This document shows positions 36,928 to 48,694 of a DNA stretch of 64,000 nt, piece after piece. Source of the stretch: Eledone cirrhosa (taxonomy: Eukaryota); NCBI GenBank assembly GCA_964016885.1, contig OZ024750.1, positions 12,400,001 through 12,464,000 on the forward strand. The letters are read 5' to 3'. The position numbers were made by a program, and so were the translations under genes. Below the pieces are notes generated by a model. The model saw nothing but the letters and a program-made list of their open reading frames with translations. It was not told the origin of the DNA and did not search any database. Each line of letters starts with the position of its first letter. Position 1 is the stretch's first letter.

Positions 36928-38130
36928 TTCTTCCCTTCCCACCCTCTGTCTATCCCTAGTTATTCTTCCCTTCCCACCCTCTGTCTATCCCTAGTTATTC
37001 TTCCCTTCTCACCCTCTGTCTCTCCCTAGTTATTCTTCCCTTCCCACCCTCTGTCTATCCCTAGTTATTCTTCCCTTCCCACCCTCTGTCTCTCCCTAGT
37101 TATTCTTCCCTTCCCACCCTCTGTCTATCCCTAGTTATTCTTCCCTTCCCACCCTCTGTCTATCCCTAGTTATTCTTCCCTTCCCACCCTCTGTCTATCC
37201 CTAGTTATTCTTCCCTTCCCACCCTCTGTCTATCCCTAGTTATTCTTCCCTTCCCACCCTCTGTCTATCCCTAGTTATTCTTCCCTTCCCACCCTCTGTC
37301 TCTCCCTAGTTATTCTTCCCTTCCCACCCTCTGTCTATCCCTAGTTATTCTTCCCTTCCCACCCTCTGTCTCTCCCTAGTTATTCTTCCCTTCCCACCCT
37401 CTGTCTATCCCTAGTTATTCTTCCCTTCTCACCCTCTGTCTCTCCCTAGTTATTCTTCCCTTCCCACCCTCTGTCTATCCCTAGTTATTCTTCCCTTCCC
37501 ACCCTCTGTCTCTCCCTAGTTATTCTTCCCTTCCCACCCTCTGTCTATCCCTAGTTATTCTTCCCTTCCCACCCTCTGTCTATCCCTAGTTATTCTTCCC
37601 TTCCCACCCTCTGTCTATCCCTAGTTATTCTTCCCTTCCCACCCTCTGTCTATCCCTAGTTATTCTTCCCTTCCCACCCTCTGTCTATCCCTAGTTATTC
37701 TTCCCTTCCCACCCTCTGTCTCTCCCTAGTTATTCTTCCCTTCCCACCCTCTGTCTATCCCTAGTTATTCTTCCCTTCCCACCCTCTGTCTATCCCTAGT
37801 TATTCTTCCCTTCCCACCCTCTGTCTCTCCCTAGTTATTCTTCCCTTCCCACCCTCTGTCTATCCCTAGTTATTCTTCCCTTCCCACCCTCTGTCTATCC
37901 CTAGTTATTCTTCCCTTCCCACCCTCTGTCTATCCCTAGTTATTCTTCCCTTCCCACCCTCTGTCTATCCCTAGTTATTCTTCCCTTCTCACCCTCTGTC
38001 TCTCCCTAGTTATTCTTCCCTTCCCACCCTCTGTCTATCCCTAGTTATTCTTCCCTTCCCACCCTCTGTCTCTCCCTAGTTATTCTTCCCTTCCAACCCT
38101 CTGTCTATCTGAAATTATTCTTCCCTTTCC
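36926..38130. repeat. 35-bp pyrimidine-rich minisatellite, ~34 copies
   Basis: Unit TATTCTTCCCTTCCCACCCTCTGTCTATCCCTAGT. Confidence 0.97.
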
Positions 38131-38904
38131 AGAGATAGACAAAGGCTGAAAAGGGAAGAATAATTTTATATCCTTGAAAAATAACATATGGGATGTTTAT
38201 TTTGCAGCAATATATCCAAACATAGCCACTCTTAAAGCTTTAGTTTGAAGTCCAAATATTGATCATGTGTTCTAAGTGTCGCCTTAAGAACATTTGAGAC
38301 TATTAAAATTACATTTTTGTGATTCTCTTAAAGGGTTATAAGAAATTGATGAAAGTGGCTTTACTTTGTCTAGATAAGGTAGAATTCACTTAAGGATATT
38401 TACAACAACTTTTGAAGTAATCATTTATTATTAAGAGAATAATCCTTGAATGCTTCTAGCTTTCTGGATCTAACTTTAAAGTTCCATAAAAAATGTTATA
38501 TCCCAGAAAATAAATAATTTGCATGTTATGTATGCATATATCTTCATTTAACAAGTTGGTAGTTTTGATAGTTATATTATGGAAGGGTCATACTGCCAGT
38601 CAAAAATACATGTACTAGTTCATTTGATTGACAGTATGTAAGTATGTATGAAACCATAATTCCCAAGGGAGTTGTAGGAGTGCCATATTGACAGACAGAG
38701 TTTCTTGGTGCATTTTTAAACTTAGGGGAGCCCATCACCTCTCCAGGTCAGATTTCTTACAGTTAGAAAGAGATTTAGAGAAAGAATCAACCCCAGTACT
38801 GGACTGGTACTTTTTTTATTGACATCAAATGGATGAAAGGTAAAGTTGACTTCAGCAGGATTTGAACTCAGAGAGTAGAGAGTTGAAATGAATATCTCAA
38901 AGCA

Positions 38905-39077
38905 TTGGTGTTAGGAAGGGCATCCAGCTGTAGAAACCGAGTCAAAATCAGCCCTGGATGAGCAAGACATGGTCACTTGACCTGGCATTGCCCACAACAG
39001 GACAACCTGTCTAACCCATGCTAGCGTGGAAACATTGACATAAAACGGTGATGATAATGATGATGATGATGATGATT
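38905..39077 (+). mobile_element. RTE-3'-related retroposon fragment (same subfamily as 15912-16200)
   Basis: GGTGTTAGGAAGGGCATCCAGCTGTAGAAAC...AACCCATGCTAGCGTGGAAA...(GAT)n. Smaller stubs at ~17772-17910, 34066-34120, 45408-45520 and 48868-48925. Confidence 0.8.
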
Positions 39078-39857
39078 CTATCTGACGTTCTAATGACTCT
39101 GCCAATTCGCCACCTATTGGCAGTATGTCTTTCTCAAAATACAACAATATCTTTCCCCTCCCCCAAAAGTGTGGATCTTGTACCTATATCAGAAACCATT
39201 ATAAGATCAACACAACATACCTTTACACAGTGACTATTTTATTCCCTATTAATGACAGATCCCTTGGTAATATAATACAGTCATTCATGAATCTTACCAC
39301 AACACACATACACAACAAAAAAAAGGAAAAAAACCAAAATATTTATAATCCTTTTTAATAGCAATCTAATGAAGAGAATCATTAGAATTACATTGGTCAT
39401 GTTGTAAAAGCTCTGGTACCCCATTAGGGGAATATTTTTGTCGATTCTCAATTATAGTGATTAGCATTCAACTGGGCTTGTTCTCATGTTAATGCTTGTT
39501 GTGTTACATTTGCTGACTTAAGTTCACTATCTTTAATTAACTTTTAATGCACAACATTTAGTTATATAACTATGAAAGAACATGCTATATGCTTTCTTCA
39601 CAATATTTAATGGCAGAAAATGCTTTAAAATTTGCAACGCATGAATAATATATTCGATGGACACTGAAGCTCAGAAGATGTCAGTAAATAACAGACATAT
39701 ATCTGGGGGTTTAATTTAAGGAAACCTCAGTTTTCTAATGTACTAAGGAAAGAAATTACATAATGTAATATATTCATTTTTGTTTGTAGAAATATAGTTT
39801 ATTAATAAGAATTTAATAAGAATCTGTTGTTCTAACTTGGAAATTTAATACTATTGT

Positions 39858-40130
39858 CACCATTCTTTCATGCTCACGGTTGCTAAAGCCTGGAACAAAC
39901 TACCTGCATCAGTTGTTAGCTGTCGGGACACTGCATCCTTCAAAACTTCCATGCTTCCCCAAATTTGCAAACACTACACCTGATATTCCCCCTCCATACA
40001 CACTCATGTGTGTGTCTGTGTGTCTGTCATGACTCATACACTGTTCACTATCTTGACATTTTTACATTATTCTATGTACTATACATGCACTTTTGATGAG
40101 TTGTAGTACACCTGAGCACTACACAACATT
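39858..40130 (+). mobile_element. CR1-clade LINE 3' fragment
   Basis: Translates SFMLTVAKAWNKLPASVVSCRDTASFK, resembling the CR1/L2 ORF2 C-terminal WNxLP motif. Its 3' UTR recurs inverted at 14082-14170. Confidence 0.7.
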
Positions 40131-40520
40131 TGAAAAGGAAAATCAGAGTAGAGAGGGAAGTGCTCTCTTCCCAGCATTTTGTTGAAAGATGGGTGAGAGA
40201 AGCAAGAATGGCCCGAGTGAATGGGCCTTCTCTGAGCATATATCTGTAAATTAAAGGTGGAAAACTGGGAGAGGGCACTTGCCTTGGTGGTCAGGGTCAT
40301 TGTGGCTTTTTACTGGGCTTTCTCCACAAATGTCCCTCCGAAGTCTCCCCCCTATTGGGGAATTTTTCATTGTTATTTTTTGTTACATCCTCTGTTTTTG
40401 TTTTTTACACGCAGAAATGCCCATTTGTACCGTCCTGCATTGTCCTGCACTGTCCTTAATGTCTACTTTATGTAAACCCTTGTGGTTAATAAAGAAATCA
40501 TTATTATTATTATTATTATT
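40128..40520 (+). mobile_element. Second L1/Tx1-like 3' fragment with (ATT)n tail
   Basis: Homologous to 30335-30690 (GAATGGCCCGAGTGAATGGGCCTTCTCT; TCTCCCCTATTGGGGAA). Ends TAATAAAGAAATC(ATT)n. Confidence 0.85.
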
Positions 40521-40765
40521 TGGCCTGCACTTACAAATCAAATGGAATGAAATCAGATGATTTTGGCTGTAAAAATGTGTCCATTGTTTTATGCTTGAAG
40601 TTAGAGGAATTTGTTTTCAGTTCATTTACATCTCCTTATACTTGCTGTATACATTTCTATAGAAGAGATTTCATCCATTGGTGATGTAGAAACCAAACAC
40701 AATGACTCCCGCGGTAGTGTTACATCCATAGAGCTTGTCTTAAAGCACTGCTTGGCACATCAATG

Positions 40766-42965
40766 ATAGCTGTAATAGTAGTAGTAACAGTTGTAACAGC
40801 TGTAATAGTAGTAGTAACAGTTGTAACAGCTGTAATAGTAGTAGTAACAGTTGTAACAGCTGTAATAGTAGTAGTAACAGTTGTAACAGCTGTAATAGTA
40901 GTAGTAGTAACAGTTGTAACAGCTGTAATAGTAGTAGCAGCAACAGTTGTAACAGCTGTAATAGTAGTAGCAGTAACAGTTGTAACAGCTGTAATAGTAG
41001 TAGTAACAATTGTAACAGCTGTAATAGTAGCAGTAACAGTTGTAACAGCTGTAATAGTAGTAGTAGTAACAGTTGTAACAGCTGTAATAGTAGTAGTAAC
41101 AGTTGTAACAGCTGTAATAGTAGCAGTAACAGTTGTAACAGCTGTAATAGTAGCAGTAACAGTTGTAACAGCTGTAATAGTAGCAGCAACAGTTGTAACA
41201 GCTGTAATAGTAGCAGCAACAGTTGTAACAGCTGTAATAGTAGTAGTAGTAACAGTTGTAACAGCTGTAATAGTAGCAGTAACAGTTGTAACAGCTGTAA
41301 TAGTAGCAGTAACAGTTGTAACAGCTGTAATAGTAGCAGCAACAGTTGTAACAGCTGTAATAGTAGCAGTAACAGTTGTAACAGCTGTAATAGTAGTAGT
41401 AACAGTTGTAACAGCTGTAATAGTAGTAGTAACAGTTGTAACAGCTGTAATAGTAGCAGTAACAGTTGTAACAGCTGTAATAGTAGCAGTAACAGTTGTA
41501 ACAGCTGTAATAGTAGCAGTAACAGTTGTAACAGCTGTAATAGTAGCAGCAACAGTTGTAACAGCTGTAATAGTAGCAGTAACAGTTGTAACAGCTGTAA
41601 TAGTAGCAGCAACAGTTGTAACAGCTGTAATAGTAGTAGTAGTAACAGTTGTAACAGCTGTAATAGTAGCAGTAACAGTTGTAACAGCTGTAATAGTAGT
41701 AGTAACAGTTGTAACAGCTGTAATAGTAACAGCAACAGTTGTAACAGCTGTAATAGTAGCAGCAACAGTTGTAACAGCTGTAATAGTAGCAGTAACAATT
41801 GTAACAGCTGTAATAGTAGCAGTAACAGTTGTAACAGCTGTAATAGTAGTAGTAACAGTTGTAACAGCTGTAATAGTAGTAGTAACAGTTGTAACAGCTG
41901 TAATAGTAGTAGTAACAGTTGTAACAGCTGTAATAGTAGCAGTAACAGTTGTAACAGCTGTAATAGTAGTAGTAACAATTGTAACAGCTGTAATAGTAGT
42001 AGTAACAGTTGTAACAGCTGTAATAGTAGTAGTAACAGTTGTAACAGCTGTAATAGTAGTAGTAGTAACAGTTGTAACAGCTGTAATAGTAGTAGTAGTA
42101 ACAGTTGTAACAGCTGTAATAGTAGCAGTAACAGTTGTAACAGCTGTAATAGTAGCAGCAACAGTTGTAACAGCTGTAATAGTAGCAGTAACAGTTGTAA
42201 CAGCTGTAATAGTAGTAGTAACAGTTGTAACAGCTGTAATAGTAGCAGCAACAGTTGTAACAGCTGTAATAGTAGTAGTAGTAACAGTTGTAACAGCTGT
42301 AATAGTAGTAGTAGTAACAGTTGTAACAGCTGTAATAGTAGCAGTAACAGTTGTAACAGCTGTAATAGTAGCAGTAACAGTTGTAACAGCTGTAATAGTA
42401 GCAGTAACAGTTGTAACAGCTGTAATAGTAGCCGCAACAGTTGTAACAGCTGTAATAGTAGCAGCAACAGTTGTAACAGCTGTAATAGTAGCAGTAACAG
42501 TTGTAACAGCTGTAATAGTAGTAGTAACAGTTGTAACAGCTGTAATAGTAGTAGTAGTAACAGTTGTAACAGCTGTAATAGTAGTAGTAGTAACAGTTGT
42601 AACAGCTGTAATAGTAGCAGTAACAGTTGTAACAGCTGTAATAGTAACAGTAACAGTTGTAACAGCTGTAATAGTAGCAGCAACAGTTGTAACAGCTGTA
42701 ATAGTAGCAGCAACAGTTGTAACAGCTGTAATAGTAGCAGCAACAGTTGTAACAGCTGTAATAGTAGCAGCAACAGTAGTAACAGCTGTAATAGTAGCAG
42801 CAACAGTTGTAACAGCTGTAATAGTAGCAGTAACAGTTGTAACAGCTGTAATAGTAGCAGTAGCAGTAATAACAGCAATGATAGCTGTAATAGTAGTAGT
42901 GCCAGTTATAGCCATAGCACCACTAGTAACAGCAATAATAGCTGTAATAGTAGTAGTATCAGTAG
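40766..42965. repeat. 30/33-bp minisatellite, ~70 copies
   Basis: Unit AGCTGTAATAGTAG(T/C)AG(T/C)AACAGTTGTAAC; length variants differ by one GTA. Confidence 0.97.
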
Positions 42966-44020
42966 TAACACATTATAGTCATAGGTCATAGCTATAGTGA
43001 AACCATTAAAGGAATTGCTGTATAAATTGTTGCATTGACAAGAAATAATTCCAAAATTTTAATTCAGATTTGCAAGTCTTCTACAATCCCTGTTGTCATT
43101 TTTATTTCACTAGGAAACCAACACATACACACCCTGATTGATATTACATTTGAAAACATTACACACACACACACACACACACACACCACCCCATACACAC
43201 ACACACGATGACAAATTTTACATTTCACAACCAGTTATGTCAAGAAATGAGTAGAAGAGTGAAATTGCTACTGTTGTACATTGAACCTAGGTCAAGACTT
43301 AGCTGAAACTTATCTTCCATTTACATTGTAACAATTAACTATTAATGTCTTCTGTAAAACCAATCTATATAATTACAATAACAGTCAGTATATTCCTAGA
43401 AATAAATATATTTCCTTAGCTTAAATACAATAAAATATTCCATGTTTGAAATATCTTCGAAACTTATTACATATTTACTTCTTCCTATCATAGTGATGTT
43501 ATTTTATTTGTGCATTATATCAACTTTATTCATATTTCTACTTATAAAGTTATTTATTTTAGACACTTTACCAAATTAGATGATTATAAAGAGCTTTAGA
43601 GAAGATTATTCTAGAATATTTAATACTGATTACTGAAATCAGAAGGATATTAAGTTTTACATAAGGGAACAATACAATGACAGTGTTTGATTTCTTGTTA
43701 TGAAAAGGGTTTTAGTCAGTATTACACCAAAATAATTATTCAGGATTAGTATTTTTTTAGGGTTTTGTTGTATTTAACCTATTTGATTGTAGGGATGCCA
43801 TTAAAACAAAATATTGAGCAATGTGTTAGGAGTCATGTCATCCTGACATATTCCATTCCAATTTATCATGGCCAATTTCAGAAACACTTTCAGCAAGCTT
43901 AAGGAATACTAAACACTATGATGGTGATTAAAATTAGCTGTTTGGTTGATTATTCTTAAAGATTAGGTGTTGAGTGATTGGATTTAGTGTTATAATATTA
44001 AATATTAACATTCTCTATAG

Positions 44021-44226
44021 CAGGCATGTCAAACATGCGGCCCGCACAAAGTACACCTGCAGCCCGCACAAAGATTTTTACAGTGCGAGCATTTTTTTTA
44101 TCTTTGTAATTAAAAATGAAAAAAAAAAACAGATGTAATGTGCCCAATTAGTTGTCGTGTGTGGCCCTCAAACAACACATATGTGACCCATGTGGCCCTC
44201 GGGGGATCCTCAGTTTAACATGCCTG
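44021..44226. mobile_element. hAT-type MITE
   Basis: TIRs CAGGCATGTCAAAC / GTTTAACATGCCTG; 8-bp TSD CTCTATAG / CACTATAG. Confidence 0.88.
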
Positions 44227-44919
44227 CACTATAGTGAAGGACCAACAATCTTTGTGTATTTTCATATCCTAATTCTCTTTGATTTGTCACTTCATACCAA
44301 CAGAGTAGATTTTTGCTGTATTCACAAGATTCATAATTGAAATTCAAAGAAATATGCAAAATATTGAGAATAGTTTCTGCATATTTCTTTTCCTTCAGCA
44401 TAATAGCAGTGCTCCAGTATGGCCTCAGGTTGTCAGCTGGAACACATAACAGAGTAATATTTTTTTTTTTTTTAATTTTGTTTATTTTCCTATAAGTAAT
44501 TATTTTTTATTTGTGAGTGACACTCGTGAGTATTTTGTAGTCATTTGATATAATATATATAAAATAAACTGTTAGGTTCCTTGAGGACATATGTGGCTCT
44601 CAGGTCAAGTTCAATGTAACATCGATAAACAAAATATTCAGCAATAACAATGTCAAAATGAACTTCAGTTCTTTAACATTATAAGCTACACATTCTAGCT
44701 ACGTTTCTGCTCTAGGGAGGTTTAGAGAATTTTAGATAGAACATCACTGTTAATAAATAGGTCTTACATTACCGAAGAACTTTATTCCATTGGCTACCCC
44801 ATGTCAATTCTAATGAAACCAAAATCAGTTTCAGTATTTCCACCATACACCCAAATTCATTTTTATGAACTTCTAAGATGATCATCATGATGAATCAGCT
44901 TTAACATTATAATCTATAC

Positions 44920-45058
44920 TAGGCATGTCAAACTGAGGGTTCCGTGAGTGCCACATGCGTCACATATGTGCTGTCTGAGGGCGACACACGATAACTAATT
45001 GCGCACATTGCAACAAATTTTACAAAGATAAAACATGCTCATGCTCTAAAAACCTTTG
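44920..45058. mobile_element. Truncated inverted copy of the 44021 hAT MITE
   Basis: TAGGCATGTCAAACTGAGG...TCACATATGTG...AACTAATTG matches the reverse complement of 44070-44226. Confidence 0.75.
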
Positions 45059-45128
45059 ATGCATTGAGTTACGGCCCTTGCCATTCTGAGTTCAAATCCC
45101 ACCAAGGTAATTTATAAAACAAATTTTG

Positions 45129-45193
45129 TATTTTATCTGATGAAAGCGCACCAAGATTGGCTTGGTCGCTCTTGAAATATATATAATAAAATA
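45129..45193 (+). ncRNA. Type I minimal hammerhead ribozyme motif (Penelope-like element type)
   Basis: Stem I TATTTTAT/ATAAAATA (8 bp perfect), core CTGATGA, stem II (AAGCGCACCAAG / CTTGGTCGCTCTT, bulged), GAAA-T-ATAT-A-TA with palindromic loop III; predicted cleavage after 45185. Confidence 0.8.
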
Positions 45194-45330
45194 AATATGG
45201 TTTTATAAATATAGTTTCCATTTATTAATATCTTGGAATATTTATGTATATATATATATATATATAAAATAAAGTTAAATAAAAGTCAAATGATTAAAAT
45301 TTAGCTTCGTTTATTATATTTCCATATAAA

Positions 45331-45367
<37 letters not shown>

Positions 45368-45746
45368 AGCAGGGAAAAGTGGACATAAAATGATGAAATG
45401 ATGATATATCATCATCATCATCGTTTAATGTCTATCTTCCATGCTAGCATGGGTTAGACAGTTTTGTTCCATTTGATGCGGGATTGGTCTGGAGACCGTG
45501 TCTAGCTCATACAGAAATATAAATACAATATATATATATATTGTTAAACTTGTAAGATTTCTTTGATTGTTATCAGTCATAATATGTTCTATTCAGGTAT
45601 TGTTGTCCTGTAAACATATAGTATTGGGTTTTCTCTGAAACATGTTCTTTTTGCACGTGTTATCATTGAGTAGTTCTGTAAGAAACAAGGTCGGAATGAT
45701 TTCGATGGCTTCTATGCTTTTAGCATTGTATTGATCTAAATCCCCA

Positions 45747-45761
45747 TTATATATATGTGTA

Positions 45762-45811
<50 letters not shown>

Positions 45812-45821
45812 TATACACATA

Positions 45822-45855
<34 letters not shown>

Positions 45856-45924
45856 CACATATATATATATATACATACATATATATATACACACATATAT
45901 ATATATATATACACATATATATAT

Positions 45925-45997
<73 letters not shown>
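45747..45997. repeat. (TA)n/(CA) plus (GA)n microsatellite
   Basis: Seen directly. Confidence 0.93.
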
Positions 45998-48659
45998 AAT
46001 GGATGATAGATAGAGATTTACACACATATATGCATATAAATATACTCATATATTTTGACTGAGTGAGAGACAGAAATAAATAGATAGATGGCTAGACAGA
46101 TAGATAGCTGGTAAATTTGACTCGACAGCTTAAGTATTAGGAAGCTAAGCCAAATCTACAATGTCTAGGAATTTCAATTCTATAGTCATGATAGTTTGGT
46201 TATTGGTGCATTGTATGTACGGAGTGACTGGCTTGCAAGAGAACAATGAAAATTATGACAGAAATGATTTAGTAACCATGTATCAGCTACCTTTTTATAC
46301 TTTCTCTAATCATCTTCCTTCCGTGATGTGCTTTATTTCTTTCTATTCTTGTGAGTTTGCTACAGAAGACGTGAGCCCATACTGACGCCTGACTACAATA
46401 ATAATGTTTAGCACAGTTAATAGCTATCCATTTAGTTTCATTCAGACCTCTTTTTGAAGTTTGAAATAGTCTTTTATGATATACTTTCAAAGAGTCACAT
46501 TTAGATTCTATTTATAGACTTAACCCTTTTGTTACAATATTTTGAATGAAAGATTCTGCATAAGATTTTTAAATAATTTTGAAACTAATCAAAGATTTGG
46601 ATGGATTAAATAAAATAACTAACATTTTCATTATTAAGCTAGCATGGAAAAATGGGCGTTAAACGGTGATGATGATGATGAAGGAAGAAGTGTGTGTGTT
46701 GAGGTGTTCTTTGATATTCCAAATATTTAGAATAATCTTTGATTTATAAAACGATCTTTTTCTGTTCAGTGGGTTTATATGCCCCATTATTAGACTATAT
46801 TAGGTAGTTAAAATGTTATGGTGAAGCTTCTATTTCTATTTCAGTTCTAAACTATTTTCTATGTTTTTTCTTAGTTGCAATCACTTAATGTTATAATTTG
46901 AGAATCATAATCTAATGTTGGCTTAGTAAATTGAAGTAAGTAAATTTAAATTTTATCTGTTAAATTTTCACTAACACTGTTCTAGACACCTTAGATTAGG
47001 AAATAAGTTTCCTGTGAGTTGGCAATGTGCTCTCAAATTTTAGAATATTTTGTTATTAATGCTTTTGGGAAGTAGATAAACACCGTCAACTCTTATGAAG
47101 TGAACATGACTAATCAGCTATCGTCAGACACGTTCTTTCTAATGACTGTCACATTTGTATTGTTAACTGAAGGACACTAGTACTTTAGCTATAGTCTTCA
47201 ATCATCAGCAACTATCCTATTTCTTCATATATATTTTGAAATCTAGAAGCCTTATTTTAACTGTCACTGTCTTGAAATACATTCTAAATAAAATCTCAAT
47301 CACAGGAATAGACTGATCGAGGGTGAGAGAGATGGAGGCGATGACAGTGGGAGTTCGGCTCTTCTGTGTTCGGACCTGGTGTGCAGCGTCAGTTGTCCGT
47401 AGGGAGGTAAAAGTGGCAAGATTTTCCTCGCACTAGTAATTTGTTTCCTTTACATGCAACTACCAAAATGAGGATGCTGGTCTTTATACAGCTAACTGAT
47501 AGTGCCTTGTTGTATTTCTTTCACAAACAACACTATGAATCCTATCTGTGTATGTTGTAACTCCTCAGAAAAGCTGTAACAGATTATCTTACAATTTCTA
47601 CTACTTGAACTTACTTTTTATATTCTGAGTTTAATTTCTGCCAAGGTTAGCTTTGCTTTTCAACCTTATGGAGTTAATAAAATAAAGTACCAGTTATGCA
47701 CTGGGGTCGATGTAATTGACTTTCCCCCTCTCCAAAATTTCTGGCCTTGAGTCAGTGCTAGAAACCAATATCATTTAGCCTTCTTGTTAATCTATGTTGT
47801 TGATATTTTATTAAAAAAGATAAGTAAATTATTTTATTTTATTTTGTTGTTGTTACTTCACACTGTCAACAACAACACATAGTTTCTTTGTGTTAGACTT
47901 GTTTTTGAAGGTCACTTCCCTGCCTGCTTTTCAGTCCTATCAACAATAAACCTTTTAAATATTAACCTAGATTTAAAGCTGTTCTACCTTCTATGTAATC
48001 AATTTACGCACTATATTGGTCTTGTTTGGACAACATTTCTTTATTTATGCATTAAGCAACTAAGTAATGGGACCACCTTTGACTAATTTTTATATATTAT
48101 GGATACTGGAAATATCAACTTTGTGTACCTGTTTCTTGTGGTAAACAATTTTAGAATGTTGTAAACTAATCAGCTACGAATTTAGTCAAAGTAGGAAATG
48201 GGTTATAACAACTGAAAATAAGATACCTGTAGTGAAACGATCACAAGAGTATGAAATACAGAGCAAGATAGCTATAATGACATCACTGTAAATAACTATG
48301 ATGAAACAGAGGTGTATATTAACCTCAACTTGTCTGTTTATTATGATCATGAATCCAACAACACCTTAATCACGAGACGATATGTCTTCACATTTGAATA
48401 ACACACCACTCCATCACTCTTAAATTACACACAACTAAATACCACACAGTCTTCTATAATTTCTTATGCCTTATATAATCTCAGTCTACCTATGACATTG
48501 CTAAAAATGTATTTCAATGACTAAAGATTTAGAAAATACTTCATCTCTGATCAGTTATTGATATTCTTCAAAATACAAGATTCATTTACATTAGAGTGCA
48601 GCAATCCATTGGAGTGCAATCCACCTACCTGGGATGCTGCTGCACATACCTGGCATCAC

Positions 48660-48694
<35 letters not shown>

